From NCBI RefSeq assembly GCF_006345805.1, contig NC_043001.1, positions 30,566,001 through 30,630,000 on the forward strand: 64,000 nucleotides of DNA, written 5' to 3'. The notes under the pieces were generated by a model, which was given only the letters and a program-made list of their open reading frames with translations, had not been told where the DNA came from and did no database searches. This document shows positions 13,851 through 26,628 of the stretch, one piece after another. The stretch comes from Octopus sinensis (taxonomy: Eukaryota). Made by a program: the position numbers and the translations under genes. The number at the start of each line of letters is the position of its first letter. The first letter of the stretch is position 1.

Positions 13851-14259
13851 ATATTTATGCCTTTCTTTCGTTGGGTTTAAATCTCATTTGCGAATCCATG
13901 AAAAACGAAACTCCACTAACTTCTCTGCCTATTTATCTATGCATACCTTATAATGCCGTGTATGCTATAAGGTTTGCAAATCTAACGGAGGCCTCAAAAG
14001 ACATTTTAAGATACACAAAGATCAGAACTTAACTGCAGCTCTTGGTGGTCCAAAGCAGCAATGCTATTTATGTGGGTGTCTTTGCAAAACATTGTCTGGT
14101 TTAAAAAGCCACACCAGACGTCATGATAGATCTAAAGCGTAAATTCAAGAGATGGTCAAACCTATATAACCATCATACATATATATTGCACTGCTTATCA
14201 ACGGTTTCCTATTCACATTTACTATTACGAAGCAAACTATCCCTGAGTAGTTGGTAGAT

Positions 14260-14315
14260 GCTTCTGAAGAGAAACAAGATCCTATTGGTTAAATTTTGAA
14301 ATCACTTGATAAAGC
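14260..14315 (+). ncRNA. Hammerhead ribozyme motif
   Basis: GCTT-CTGAAGA-GAAA...TTTT-GAAA-TC-ACTT-GA-TA-AAGC. Helix I is GCTT/AAGC, with a 2-bp helix III. Confidence 0.65.
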
Positions 14316-14477
14316 CTTGTCACAAGGGAAAGATCGTCTTAGTTTTCTGTGCCCGCTTCCCGTAAATGTAAGTAAATCTGCCTTCAACTCAGTCGCGCAC
14401 CTGTGTTTCGCTTATTCATTGTGTGTTTTACGACTTAAAGGTCACCAACTGCCTACCCTGAGGTATCAGGCACGTGC

Positions 14478-14598
<121 letters not shown>

Positions 14599-14600
14599 TA

Positions 14601-15477
14601 TAGGGTGTTCCAAAAATCATTGATGGGTTTCAATTTTTAATAACTTCATTAACTTTACAAATAAATGAATGAAATTTTGATACAATATAAAAGGCATAAT
14701 GGAAATTAATATGCATAAGTCAAATTTTGCAACACCACTACATCACATATGAAAAATGACATTGCTTAAATGGCAGCCATTTTCGACTTCGCACACCCGT
14801 GCTCTTCCGAAACTTGCACCATAACACCCTCAAGAGTTTCCGACCTTACATCTCTGATTTCTCTATTGATGTTCTCCTTCAGTTGCACCAAGGTCTCCGG
14901 TTTGTTGGTGTAAACCCTCTCTTTCAGGTATCCCCACAAGAAAAGATCCAGGCTAGTCAAGTCTGGGGAATGTGAAGGCCAGTTGACATTACCGTAGCGA
15001 GAGATTATTCTCTCTCCAAAGCACTGCCGTAGCAACTGCATTGTTTCTCGTTGCAGTATGAGCAGTGGCCCCATCTTGCTGGAACCATGTGTAACGTCTA
15101 CTTTGAATGGTTTTCACGTTTCCAGACTTGACTAGCCTGGATTTTTTCTTGTGGGGATACCTGAAAAAGAGGGTTTACGTCAACAAACCGGAGACCCTGG
15201 GGGCAATTGAAGGAGAACATCGATAGAGAAATCAGAGATGTAGGGTCTGAATCTCTTGAGGGTGTTTTGGAAAGAGCACAGGCGTGCGAAGCCGAAAATG
15301 GCTGCCATTTAAGCAATGTCATTTTTCATATGTGATATAGTAGTGATACAAAATTTGACTTGTGCATATTAATTTCCATTATGTCCTTTATATTGTATCA
15401 AAATTTCAGGCATTTATCTGTAAAGTTACGGAAGTTATTGAAAATTGAAACCCATCAATGACTTTTGGAACACCCTG
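14601..15477. mobile_element. Tc1/mariner superfamily DD41D (rosa-type) 3'-3' fold-back element
   Basis: TA-flanked TIRs (C/T)AGGGTGTTCCAAAA and ~360-bp inverted arms. Encodes WFQQDGATAHTA..WPSHSPDLTSLDLFLWGYLKERVY; 41 residues between the 2nd and 3rd Asp after correcting one frameshift. Confidence 0.85.
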
Positions 15478-15613
15478 TATATGCATACATAATTAAAGAT
15501 AAAATCAATTAATGTGGCCAGCAAGTAATAAAAACCATATACGTAAAAAGTAATATAGATATATAATTATATAGATATAATTATAATGAAGGGTACTGAG
15601 AAACAGCACCTAC

Positions 15614-15614
<1 letters not shown>

Positions 15615-15710
<96 letters not shown>

Positions 15711-15755
15711 CGACGACGACGACGACGACGACGACAACAACAACAATAATAATAA
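15615..15755 (+). repeat. Compound trinucleotide microsatellite (AAT)n(GAT)n(GAC)n(AAC)n(AAT)n
   Basis: Read directly; successive blocks differ by a single base. Confidence 0.95.
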
Positions 15756-17230
15756 CAAACAGCGGCAAACTGGGAGTAGGAATGCGAGAAAACAGGCAGT
15801 TATATGGTTTAACCGCCCCCCCCTTTTTCTCTGCAGGTTAAAAATCTCCCTAAGATATTTTTTAATATCGTCGATAAGAATTTCCCTGTGGGCCATAAAT
15901 ACCGCTTTATCTTTAATAGATCCTGTCTAAAACTTTCATACTCAACTACGCCTAATTTAGGATCGATAATCGCAGGGAATGATAGATTCAAGCTTGGGAG
16001 TAACGGGAATATGGGTAGCCCCCAATACGTGTAGGATTATTAATAACATAGATAAAGAACACACAGGGGTGAGCAACAGAAAAAAAAAAAAGCATGCAAT
16101 TGTCGAAACTGCAATCTATGTCCATTGGGGGTTCCTCTCTAAGGAAAAACGTGGTATACAAGACTGAGGTCATAATTTCTAATCAACCTAGGACAATATA
16201 CATAAGAAGTACCATGGATTTCAAAACGGGATATAGAGGAAACATCAGCTCATTCTCGAACCCAGGAACAAAAAACGCAACAGCTGGCTACATATATTAA
16301 CAAACTAAAAATGCGAGATAACGAATTTAGATTAGACTGGTCGATCATAACAGAAACCACCCCTTATAAAACGTATACTGGACGGGGTAAGTTATGTACG
16401 AAGGAAGCAGTTAGTATACTTCGTACAGAGAAGAAAGTTCTAATTAAAAAAATATCAGACGTTATAATTGCATATAGGCATAAATATTTAGCCTTAATTA
16501 ATTATTTTTTAAAAGTAGAAAGGATCCGATTTTATGAACATAATACCTTAATAAAATAATAATTTCCTCCACTTTGGTTAGATTTGATCAACTTAAAGTT
16601 TAAGCGTAAAATTCTTTATACTTTGGCATCTAAGTAATTCATGAGCTTAGCGTCGCATTCGAGCCTATTATTATTAACCTTCTGTATTTAAGTTGCAAGT
16701 TTACGATCTTTGTGAATTGTAAATCACAAATATCAGTGAATTATTAGACCGTTCTCAATAACATTCTGCATATATAGGTTCACCTTACTTTAATTATATA
16801 CTATCTTTAACTATCAGTAGACCAACTGTCTTAACCCGAAAGATGAGTCCTCATTTTATTTTATTTTATTTTATTTTACATATGTTTTTAATTTCATTTT
16901 CATTCGCACAAATGTTTCACTTCACAAAGCTTTTTTATGTCCTTTTTTAAAAAATACTATAACATTCAAAAAATATATATACTTCATATGACTTTAAGTT
17001 CTGTAAGTAGGAAATATCTTAAGCTTTCTCAATTTTTAAACTATTTTAATCGATTTATTTGTACCTCTGATGAGAGAAATGCGACTATTTGTATCGGTTT
17101 GAAAACTCACCCAATACAAACGATTCTTCGAAACGATCGTAGGTTTTGTAATACTGCGTTTCTTTGGATTGTAATATTGGAGCACTTGAAACTTAACATC
17201 TCGATGAATTTTTTTAATGTATTTTGTAAT
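15750..17230 (+). mobile_element. Decayed Penelope-like element (linker, GIY-YIG, 3' HHR)
   Basis: RKQAVIWFN.PP, NVVYKTEV..TIYIRST, DWSII..PY..KLCTKE..IL..RH, and an HHR at 17063-17145. Confidence 0.8.
17063..17145 (+). ncRNA. Minimal hammerhead ribozyme motif at PLE 3' end
   Basis: ACCT-CTGATGA-GAGAA..TTTGTATCGG..CCAATACAAA..TTCTTC-GAAAC-GATC-GTA-GGT. Confidence 0.75.
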
Positions 17231-17916
17231 CCACTTTGATTTTATATTTTGCTCATATTGAACACTCATCATCATCATCATTGTTCGACCGTGGTCGAGA
17301 CAATGGAATTTACTATGCTACGACAAACTTCACGGTACATCATAGCATTACGGAGGTCCTGTTGCTGGATGAACACTGAGATTAGGTTTTTTCTTCTTCT
17401 TATATATATATAATTCCAAGAGAGTTAGAGGTTGTGAATCCAACCAACTAAAGGATAATATCTATCCAATATACTGCTGGTAGAATACCCAATTATTAAT
17501 ACACAAGTATTTATTTTATTGCATGGCAATTACATTATTGAGTATAATAAATGGGTGAGGGTAAAGAGTTATTTTACCATTAATTTATAGAGCAATAAGA
17601 AAATGGAGTGGATCAAAGGTGGTATTCATCAATTTTTAGACATTATATTATGTCAATTTATTTATTTACTAAAAGGACAATTATAACAATATACATACAA
17701 AAGATTTTTCTGGATAATTCAAGATCCTGGATTTCTGACTTTGCATCAGAGAAGCTCTGCCTTCTTCAGTTGAATATACCAGATAAGCACATAAATACAG
17801 ATATATATATATATATATATACAGAACATACGTTATACTTACATATACGAACGCTCATATATACATATATATGCACGTATGCACATGGCCAGCTTAAATT
17901 GCTCGCCAATATATAT

Positions 17917-17965
<49 letters not shown>

Positions 17966-18379
17966 ATACACACACACACTTGGAAATGGATTCATCGCGT
18001 TCAATTAAATAATAATAAGTTTTCGTAAGTCATAAAAAGGATCGGGTTTCGTGTTATATAGTTATATATTTTTGGACTCGTAGAATGAACAATGCAGTCC
18101 TGGAGGAGCTGGGAGTGGAGTGAAAGTTGGTAACAATAGTCAGACAGTGAAAACCGCAATAATTTGACTGCATTATCTCGGCTCAGAACCACTGGGAGTG
18201 GGCGCCTGGGTGACAAAATGGGCTTGAGGGCAAATAAGATGAAAAGTGAAGCGATGACATCAAGGAGAGGACGATGGTGGTCTCTGGAGGAGTATACAGT
18301 TGCGTCACGTGACTGCAGTTGGCAGTGATGATTAATGATCCTGTCTAAGTCTGCCAACTTTCAGCTATGAGGATAAGCG

Positions 18380-18752
18380 TGTGTATGTATGTATGTATGT
18401 ATGTATGTATGTATGTATGTATGTATGTATGTATGTATGTATGTATGTATGTATGTATCTTTGTATGGATGTATGTATGAATGTATGTATGTATGTATGT
18501 ATGTATGTATGTATGTGTGTATGTATGTATGTATGTATGTATGTATGTATGTATGTATGTATGTATGTATGTATGTATGTATGTATGTATGTATGTATGT
18601 ATGTATGTATGTATGTATCTTTGTATGGATGTATGTATGAATGTATGTATGTATGTATGTATGTATGTATGTATGTGTGTATGTATGTATGTATGTATGT
18701 ATGTATGTATGTATGTATGTATGTATGTATGTATGTATGTATGTATGTATGT
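18380..18752. repeat. (TATG)n microsatellite with a 160-bp higher-order duplication
   Basis: The variant string ATCTTTGTATGGATGTATGTATGAATG occurs at ~18457 and ~18617. Confidence 0.9.
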
Positions 18753-19434
18753 ACGTGCGCGCGTGTGTATGTATATATGTACGTTGTCCACAGTTATAGT
18801 CTTTCAAAGAGCTATCACATCAGCAGGGCAGCTGACCTCTATAACAGTACATACTTTTCTTGATCTGCCCTGTTATGTTTACACGTGACATGTTTTAATG
18901 GGAATGTTTCACCAATATTCCTTGTGTTAATGTACGTATGTACGTATGCACGCACGTACTAGATTGTATGTATGTATGTGTGGTATGCATGAGCAACTGC
19001 TGGTCTTCCATAAACAACCTTGCCCGAATTCGTGCTTCGGAGGGTAACTTTTCTAGGTACAACCCAATGGTCATTCGTGACCAAAAGGAGTCTTTACCTT
19101 TACCCTTTATATATGATGAGATTTTTGGCTGTCGTCCAAATAAAGTAGGTTTCACTCGATTTACGGTAACAGATTCACTGTTCCATTTGATGGTGACATA
19201 CTTGGGTGTTTGACATTCTTTATAAGCATCAGGTTAAGGTGATTGTAGAGATTCTGTCCTTAACTAGTCAGATGAAGCTGCGAAGCAGTAATTAATTTAT
19301 GTTACGATCGAAAGGCAACTACATGTTCACGAAAACGATGGCCTTACTAGGACAGGTTTGGTACTCATGTCGGTCGCTTAGGTGTGACCATTTAGCCTCC
19401 TGGCTTGATGGATGTGCCATATAAAAACTCAACT

Positions 19435-20241
19435 GGGATCTTTTCCTTTTGAACGGCAGTTTTCAACACAATTTCTAGTTAACTAAACACTTTTAAACTT
19501 CGTATACTGGTAGAATGTGTTTATAAAACATAATTTTTCTTGGCTTTATTGAGAAAATTCTATATGTTGTAACATATTTCGACTTTAATTTCGAGCATTT
19601 CGGCAATTTTAACCAATCGCTGGAGTCCATTTGGGGTGAAAACATTCTGTGCTGTATGAATATGTCCCTCGTTTAAGAAACAGATTGGGTTTATTTACAT
19701 TTGCGAAGAAAAAAAGATACCCTTCCCCCACCCTAACCCTAACCCTAAAAGATTGAAATGCAATAGATCGATACTAGGGTTATAATTATGGGTGACAATT
19801 TCATACGACACCGCTACGGAAAATGGGATTTTTTTCTAGCGGTGTCAAATGAAAATGTCACCCATAATTATAACCCTAGTATCGATCTATTGCATTTCAA
19901 TGTTTTAGGGTTAGGGTTAGTTAGAGTTAGGTTTAGGGTTAGGGGTGGGGTAAGGGTATCTTTTTTTCTTCACAAATGTAAATAAACCTAATCTGTTTCT
20001 TAAGCGAGGGACATATTCATACAGCATGGAATGTTTTCACCCCAAATGGACTCCAGCGATTGGTTAAAATTGCCGAAATGCTCGAAATTAAAGTCGAAAT
20101 ATATTACAACATATAGAATTTTCTCAATAAAGCCAAGAAAAATTATGTTTTATAAACACATTCTACCAGTATACGAAGTTTAAAAGTGTTTAGTTTACTA
20201 GAAATTGCGTTGAAAACTGCCGTTCAAAAGGAAAAGATCCC
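19435..20241. mobile_element. Fold-back MITE with ~385-bp arms containing telomere-like (CCCTAA/TTAGGG)n
   Basis: GGGATCTTTTCCTTTTGAACGGCAG...GATCCC, with arms separated by ~16 nt. Single-arm copies at ~5390-5590 and ~62106-62490. Confidence 0.85.
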
Positions 20242-21143
20242 TCAAGGGTTGTACAGTCAATTCCTTCTCTTAATGTTGAGCAAATTCCTAAGAGAACAAG
20301 AGACAAATATTCGTACCGTCGGATCGGGCCTGCTTGAGTAATTAGAGATACCTTGAGGTGACGACTAATTCCATTAGTTTTGATGCAAATTGTTATCCCT
20401 ATCCATAGTAATAGTAGCTGATGTACCGAACCTGGAAATCTATTGATAGACAAATATTTTAGTTATGGCTTCAGCAGTGATTTCGCTGAGTGGAATTGCT
20501 TGCTCCAGGTCGATACGTCTAAGAAGATAAGAATATCCTCGAGAAAGTAGAAAAGGTGCAACGATGTTGATGAAATATACACGATCTCAAATGTACTGGA
20601 GACTGATTTCACATGGAACTATTATTTCGTTTTCTGTAAGTCGAAGCAGCTCCTGGCCGACTCGCGAATGCTTTTCAAATTAATCGAGCTGGTATCAACT
20701 TCAGCGAAGAGGTACTGCTAGGGTGTGATGGTGTGATAAGCAATGTAATTAAAAAAAACAAAGCAAAACAAAACAAAACAAAACAGGTCAGCGTTTATAT
20801 TTTTGTAGAACATATGGATGTTGTTGTTCATTGGTGATATCCTTCCAAATAGAACCAGCAGATAAAAAGAAAGAAATCAAAATGGAGATGATAAATTTCG
20901 AACAGCTTTAGTCGTCTTTCTGGTTTGCGGCGATAATGTTCCACAGAGGTAGGGCATGTCGTACATTGATATGAACACTAGTTGCGATGTTATCTCTATC
21001 TTTCATATAACATATATCACTCGTGTACTGAGAAATGAAATCCAGATGGCCAGTTTCTCATGGAGAGTGTTGATCGAACTTAAAAAGGGTACGTGTTAGT
21101 GGTTTATGCTTAGTACACACGCGCGTGCGCACACATCTCTCTC

Positions 21144-21535
21144 TCTATATATATAAAGCTGAAGTTGTCTGTGTATGGCAGGTTTGGTAGCCTTCAACTA
21201 ACACTATCTCCTCCGAGACCCTGCGGCCCAAGTTGACCAAAATTGAGAGTATGATAGAAGAAGGCTTGCTCTTCCTTCCGCAGAAGAAAAAAAATTCAAA
21301 TCGGACCATGTTAACACCAAAAATTATTTACATTAAAAAGGTGCTTTTTTTCTATGAAAATCCGTATTTTTTACGATTTTTCGACTGCTGTGTCGCCATT
21401 TTTCGGTGTATTTAAACCAGAAAAATGTTCACTTAAAGAGAATAACAAGCTACATAATGCAAAATTTTTACTTTTCAAAAATTCCAATTCTAAAGGATCG
21501 AAAGAAACCCGAGCAACGCCGGGCGATACTGCTTG
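21144..21535 (+). mobile_element. Non-autonomous Helitron
   Basis: 5' TCTATATATATAAA; 3' hairpin CCCGAGCAACGCCGGG followed by CTTG (CTAG variant). Confidence 0.7.
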
Positions 21536-22016
21536 TACATATATAAAGTAGCCGATCTTCAAGAAGTCGGAAAAAATTAACTACCAACTTAACTGGCAAT
21601 GTCAATGTAGTGCTATAGAATAGTTCAGCTGACAAGTAACATATTCCTTCTTTGACGGTGGAACGAATTCCAAGAGAAATGAAGGCAGTGGAATCGCCCA
21701 TTCATGCCGCTAGCTGCAGGATGATAAATAATCGCACGCATTCGCTTACAGCCAAGAAAACCTGTCAGTTTGTTAAAGGGCTAAGATTCGATCTGGTGTC
21801 TCCAGTCCTTGTGATAGTAGCAGGCGTGCCATAATGTGCTATCCAATGTTGAACGAGAGCCTTAACATTAAATTCCGCCAGAAATTTCGGTCAATGCAGG
21901 TTAATAAGTGCATACAATTCAGGAGAGAGTGGTTCCACAATATTGATGAACAAGAACTAAAAATGTCGAGTTGCTCAGAAGTATTTTAAGGTAGCGATGA
22001 ATCTTAGCCTTCTTAT

Positions 22017-22352
22017 TTCTTTACTGCCCACAAGGGGCTACACACAGAGGGGACAACAAGGACAGACAAACGGATTAAGTCGATTATGTCGATCCCAGTG
22101 CGTAACTGGAACTTAATTTATCGACCCCGAAAGGATGAAAGGCAAAGTCGACCTGGGCGGAATTTGAACTCAGAACGTAACGGCAGACGAAATACCTATT
22201 TCTTTACTGCCCACAAGGGGCTACACACAGAGAGGACAAACAAGGACAGACAAACGGATTAAGTCGATTTTATCGACCCCAGTGCGTAACTGGTACTTAT
22301 TTAATCAACCCCGAAAGGATGAAAGGCAAAGTCGACCTGGGCGGAATTTGAA
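22017..22352 (-). mobile_element. Tandem dimer of SINE 3' portion (third family; fuller copy at ~54777-54993)
   Basis: TTTCTTTACTGCCCACAAGGGGCT...CGACCCCGAAAGGATGAAAGGCAAAGTCGACC repeated twice head-to-tail. Confidence 0.75.
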
Positions 22353-22948
22353 TAATTTCCATGGTATTTCTTTATATCGTGTTCCTGTCAAATGATATTA
22401 CAGCCTTCTGAGTAGAGCTACATTAGATGGAATACAACCTATCCAACTATAGTGGTCTAGCTTGCTACGTGTAATAGGTATATACAATTCAAAAGAGAGT
22501 GGTTCCATAATATTAATGAACAAGAGCTATAAACGTGCATCAAATGTCGAAGTGCTCACAATGCAACTCACGAACTTTTAACTTTCAACATATTTATTTA
22601 CTGATAATATAACCGCTGATTGGAAGGAGAGAACTAGACTGTGTCTTGTAGAACGCTAGCTGTGGTACATTGTGTGTGGGTGTCCGAAGTTGTCTCTTGT
22701 TCGGGATGATCTGTCCGAGTGCCCTAGATGGTCTGGTCCTAGTGGTTTGCCTTCTGTGAGTGCCCAAGGTGATTTACGCGAATGTCCGAGGCCATCAGGT
22801 TTTAACAATCTGCTTAGGCTGTATGGCTGAGTTAAGCGCCAAACGGTTTTTTTAGGGTGAAAGACAGGCGAATTTTTGATCATCCGAGGAGTCATATCAT
22901 GTCACTGTTTTACGTTGATTTATCGATTTATAGATCAATTTCGTGCAC

Positions 22949-23112
22949 TTGTGTAGCTAAAGGAGGACGGAGGGGGCGGTCCGCCCCGGGCGGCACTGTT
23001 ATGGGAGTGCCACTATTTCTAGGTTTGCTGTTAGCAATATGTATTTTTTGTGAGGGACCGGGGGTGAATAGTTGAAGGGCCATCCCGGGTGGCACACATT
23101 CTAGCTACACTA
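22949..23112. mobile_element. Small MITE
   Basis: Inverted termini GTGTAGCTA / TAGCTACAC with GC-rich CCCGGG sub-terminal motifs. Confidence 0.6.
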
Positions 23113-23419
23113 GTTATTACATGAAACTGTGGTAGTTTCCTCGTGATCCCTAACTGAATATCTTGCACTTAAGGTTCAAATCCTTACAGGACCAACATTT
23201 TCAACTTATTTTCTCCAAACTGGGAACATACATTACTTGTCTTCCAGGGATGGTTTTAGAGTCTTAAAATGTTTCATATAATGTTTAATGGGTTCCTCTG
23301 GCGGCTGAAAACACCCGTTCTTGGGTTACGTAGAGAGGGGAGGTAACTCTTTGCAAAGTAACTTTCAGCAATTGACTGTCTTCCTTACATCCATTGGTCA
23401 AAAAATTATCATAATCTCA

Positions 23420-23658
23420 TCTAATATATAAAATAGAGATGTGTGTGTGTGTATTCGTTTTTCACTTGAAAACGACTTCACCAATTGCTTCCATTCTTGT
23501 GATGCATGAATAATTTGACCTCAGAAACATGTTAGGCTCTTCATTTGATTTTTTTAATTAAAAATAAAAAAATATTGGTTTTTATATTAGATTCACGTCT
23601 TTGAAAGTTAAAAAAATATTTACTTCCGGTTTTCTAGCATCAGTGACGTCTATATATC

Positions 23659-23717
<59 letters not shown>

Positions 23718-23724
23718 CTCTATT

Positions 23725-23801
<77 letters not shown>

Positions 23802-25293
23802 ATCATATTTGTATAACTAGCTCTCGATCTCTCTATATACCACTCACTCTCTATTGTTTTCACTTTCATTTTTCAGACGCTATTGTTTTCACTTTAAGTT
23901 TAATCGCTATCGTTTTCACTGTAAGTTTTCAATCCCTATTTACAAACAACAACGACAAATTACTGACAGAAAGAAGTTCGCAATTACTGATGAAAGTAAT
24001 TTCATACATAACTTACTGACAGTAGTACCTTCATAAATTTCACTTCAGTCCGTACACTTTGTTAAATTTGCTTACACATTTCTTATTTACTTTTGCAACG
24101 TTTTGTGTTATTTTATTTTTTTTTTGAGAACGGAATTACTGATAAAAGTAAGTTCAAAATTTACTAACAGAAGTAACTTCAAAAATTTCACTTAAATCCG
24201 TACACTTAGTTAATTTCCCTAGAAATTTCTTCTTTACTTTTGCAACGGTTTTGTGTTTTTCTGTTGTTAACGGCTTTTTTCTGGTTCCTTCGACACAGGT
24301 TCTTTGTTTCACTAAGTGACAAATTTTGCTTCAACCAGTATAATTCTTTATTTTCCGTAAATGTTTCTTATTTAATTTCTGCCCGTCGTATTAAGAAATG
24401 TAATTTCCGTTACCCAACTATTTTCATTGTTTGTTATCTTCTGCACCCGTGTATTTCTGTATACATATATAACTATGCCTAGAAGGAAAGTGTCAAATTT
24501 GTCTACAATGTCAAGGTCAGCCGAAAGAATGTCTCTGTCCAGGGAAAGAGAGACAGCTGCAGAAATGGAAGCATACCAAGAAATGAACAGACCGTGCACT
24601 ACAAAAGAAAGAGCATCTCAAAGTGATGAACAGAGGTATGCAGATGACACTAACGTTTCCTTTATGTAGATGACACTAGAGTTTCCATTGGTGCAATGAC
24701 AACTGAGTACATACATTGTAAAGCAAAGAAGTGGCCTGGAGAGACACCTTCACTGTACTGCAGTTGGGGAAAATTTAAACTCTTTGCAATCCCCCAATCT
24801 CCACAGCTATTTAAGAAACTGTTGTCATCAATTGACCAAGATTCCAAGCACATTCAAAACAAAATTAGACAATACAACGCTGCACTACAAATGACATCAT
24901 TTGGAGCCAAAAGTGATTTAACTGAGTCAGGATTCATTTCAAAATCCAAGGTCAGATTTATCATCGGATTGGCTCTCCACTACTTCTGTCAAATCAATCA
25001 CCAAAATCGGACTTTCATTGTTTATAATCTGTACCTGTTCTTTGGTTACGAAATAAGCTACACAAAATATGTTTTTGAATTACGTGTATTTACTTTATAT
25101 ACATATAGGAGTTGAAAACTTTCTTTTAACATTTTATTTAACGTCTATGTTCCATGCTGGCATGGGTTGGAGAGTTATTAATGTAGAAATTTGGTATCTC
25201 AACTACTAGCAGTTGAGACCTGCTAGTAGCAGGTCTCAATTTTAAAATTTCACTATTCTTTTTAACCTGGACAATGCCGGGTATTTCTGCTGG
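23420..25293 (+). mobile_element. Internally deleted Helitron with RepHel N-terminal remnant
   Basis: 5' TCTAATATATAAAA. CKAKKWPGE..C..GK..L..P..IRQYNAALQMTSFGA..FKIQGQIYHRIGS. 3' hairpin plus CTGG at 25265-25293. Confidence 0.8.
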
Positions 25294-25353
25294 CGCGCGC
25301 ACACGCACACACACACACACACCCTTATATCAAAGTTAGATAAGGCCGGTTAT

Positions 25354-25414
25354 GGTACCATCTTAGGTTTCACGTCCATAAAGGGCTTAGCTTTATGGTG
25401 TATCATCAGATCCT
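25354..25414 (-). ncRNA. Hammerhead motif in 3' pLTR (degenerate cleavage triplet)
   Basis: Minus strand: GGAT-CTGATGA-tacaCCATAAAG..CTTTATGGacgt-GAAAC-CTAA-GATG. Confidence 0.6.
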
Positions 25415-26271
25415 AAAACCTTTGGCTAAAGGTCTTTTTAGCGAATCATCTTTCTAGAATATAGAAGAAGAAAGAAACACTGTTATTCAATGCCAACAAA
25501 GGGGATTGTCTCCCCTTTGTTATCGATCACCGATGTCAACAAAGAGGATTGTACCCCTTTGGCTATCGATTGTTGGTCACACCGTTATCCCGTTGGTTCC
25601 AATAGGCTGGCAGGAATTTCCTGAAATGTAAGCATGGTCCGAAGATCTCTGTTCTGGAGTTCAAGATGTTCCCTGGGTCGAGAGAGTCCTTTAGGATCCT
25701 AGCTCGTTCCACTATGCATAATTTACAGCAATTGGTCCCGTTAATGTAGGGGCCTGGATTTTCTAGGATTTTCCATGATATTGTGTATGGAATCCCGTCG
25801 TCTATCAGCTGCCATACACGGCTTGCTAATGACATGATGACTCTCTTTTCCGGTATCCTGAAGGAGGATCTGTGGTTGGAGAGGTAATGTTTGAACGAGT
25901 TCCCTGAACAGCCGATGTAACTCTGTGGTCGGGTGTTGGCAGTGGTGTATCTGTTGGTGTTGGCATCGATGCCACCGCTGTTGCTGGAACTGGAGCAGTT
26001 GGTGCTGGTGCTGCTGGTGTTGGTGTCATTGGAAGTGGTGATGGTGTTGGTGCCACCACTGCCGGTATTAGTCAAGGTGCCGTTGTTGTTATTATGGCCA
26101 TCACCATTGATAGAAGCGCTGTGATTGCTGTAGTAGATGTCATTGGCGATATCTGCTGCTATTGGCGATGCTGTCGTCGCTATTATTGTTGTTATCGCTG
26201 GCGATGGTACTGCCGCTGCTGTAGCCGTAGCCGTTAAGGAAGCTGCTATTGCTGCTGTTGCTGTTGCTGTT

Positions 26272-26628
26272 GAGCGAACGGTCTTCGTCCCAGATGGGAG
26301 AAGTCCGAAACTTTAGTCCTTTGCTATTCGCAAGACCCGCAGAAGAGAAAGCAGGTCAACCCCCGACACCGAGAACATCGACGGATGGATGAATGCGCAT
26401 CCAGGCTCAGCGGTTGCGTAGGAAGTCGGGGACAAGAATCAGGAAGAAAGAGTGAGAGAAAGTTGGAGTGAAAGAGTACAACAGGGGTCGCCACCACCCC
26501 CTGCCGGAGCCTCGTGGAGCTTTAGGAGTTTTCGCTCAATAAACACACACAACGCCCGGTCTGGGAATCGAAACCGCGATCCTCCGACCACGAGTCCGCT
26601 ACCCTAACCACTGGGCCATTGCGCCTCC
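26272..26628 (-). mobile_element. tRNA-derived SINE inserted in the PLE endonuclease region
   Basis: Head GGAGGCGCAATGGCCCAGTGGTTAGG..GGTTTCGATTCC, flanked by TGCTGTTGCTG-like repeats. Confidence 0.75.

Noticed and set aside
19262-19350. Additional hammerhead (CAGATGA...GAAAA) and a similar case at ~9830-9887(-)
   Set aside because: The core is mutated and the helices are not convincing.
20250-22560. Host protein-coding exons in the more complex sequence here
   Set aside because: No coherent ORF or splice pattern. Weak LWN.L-type remnants on the minus strand suggest old decayed L2/CR1 LINE.
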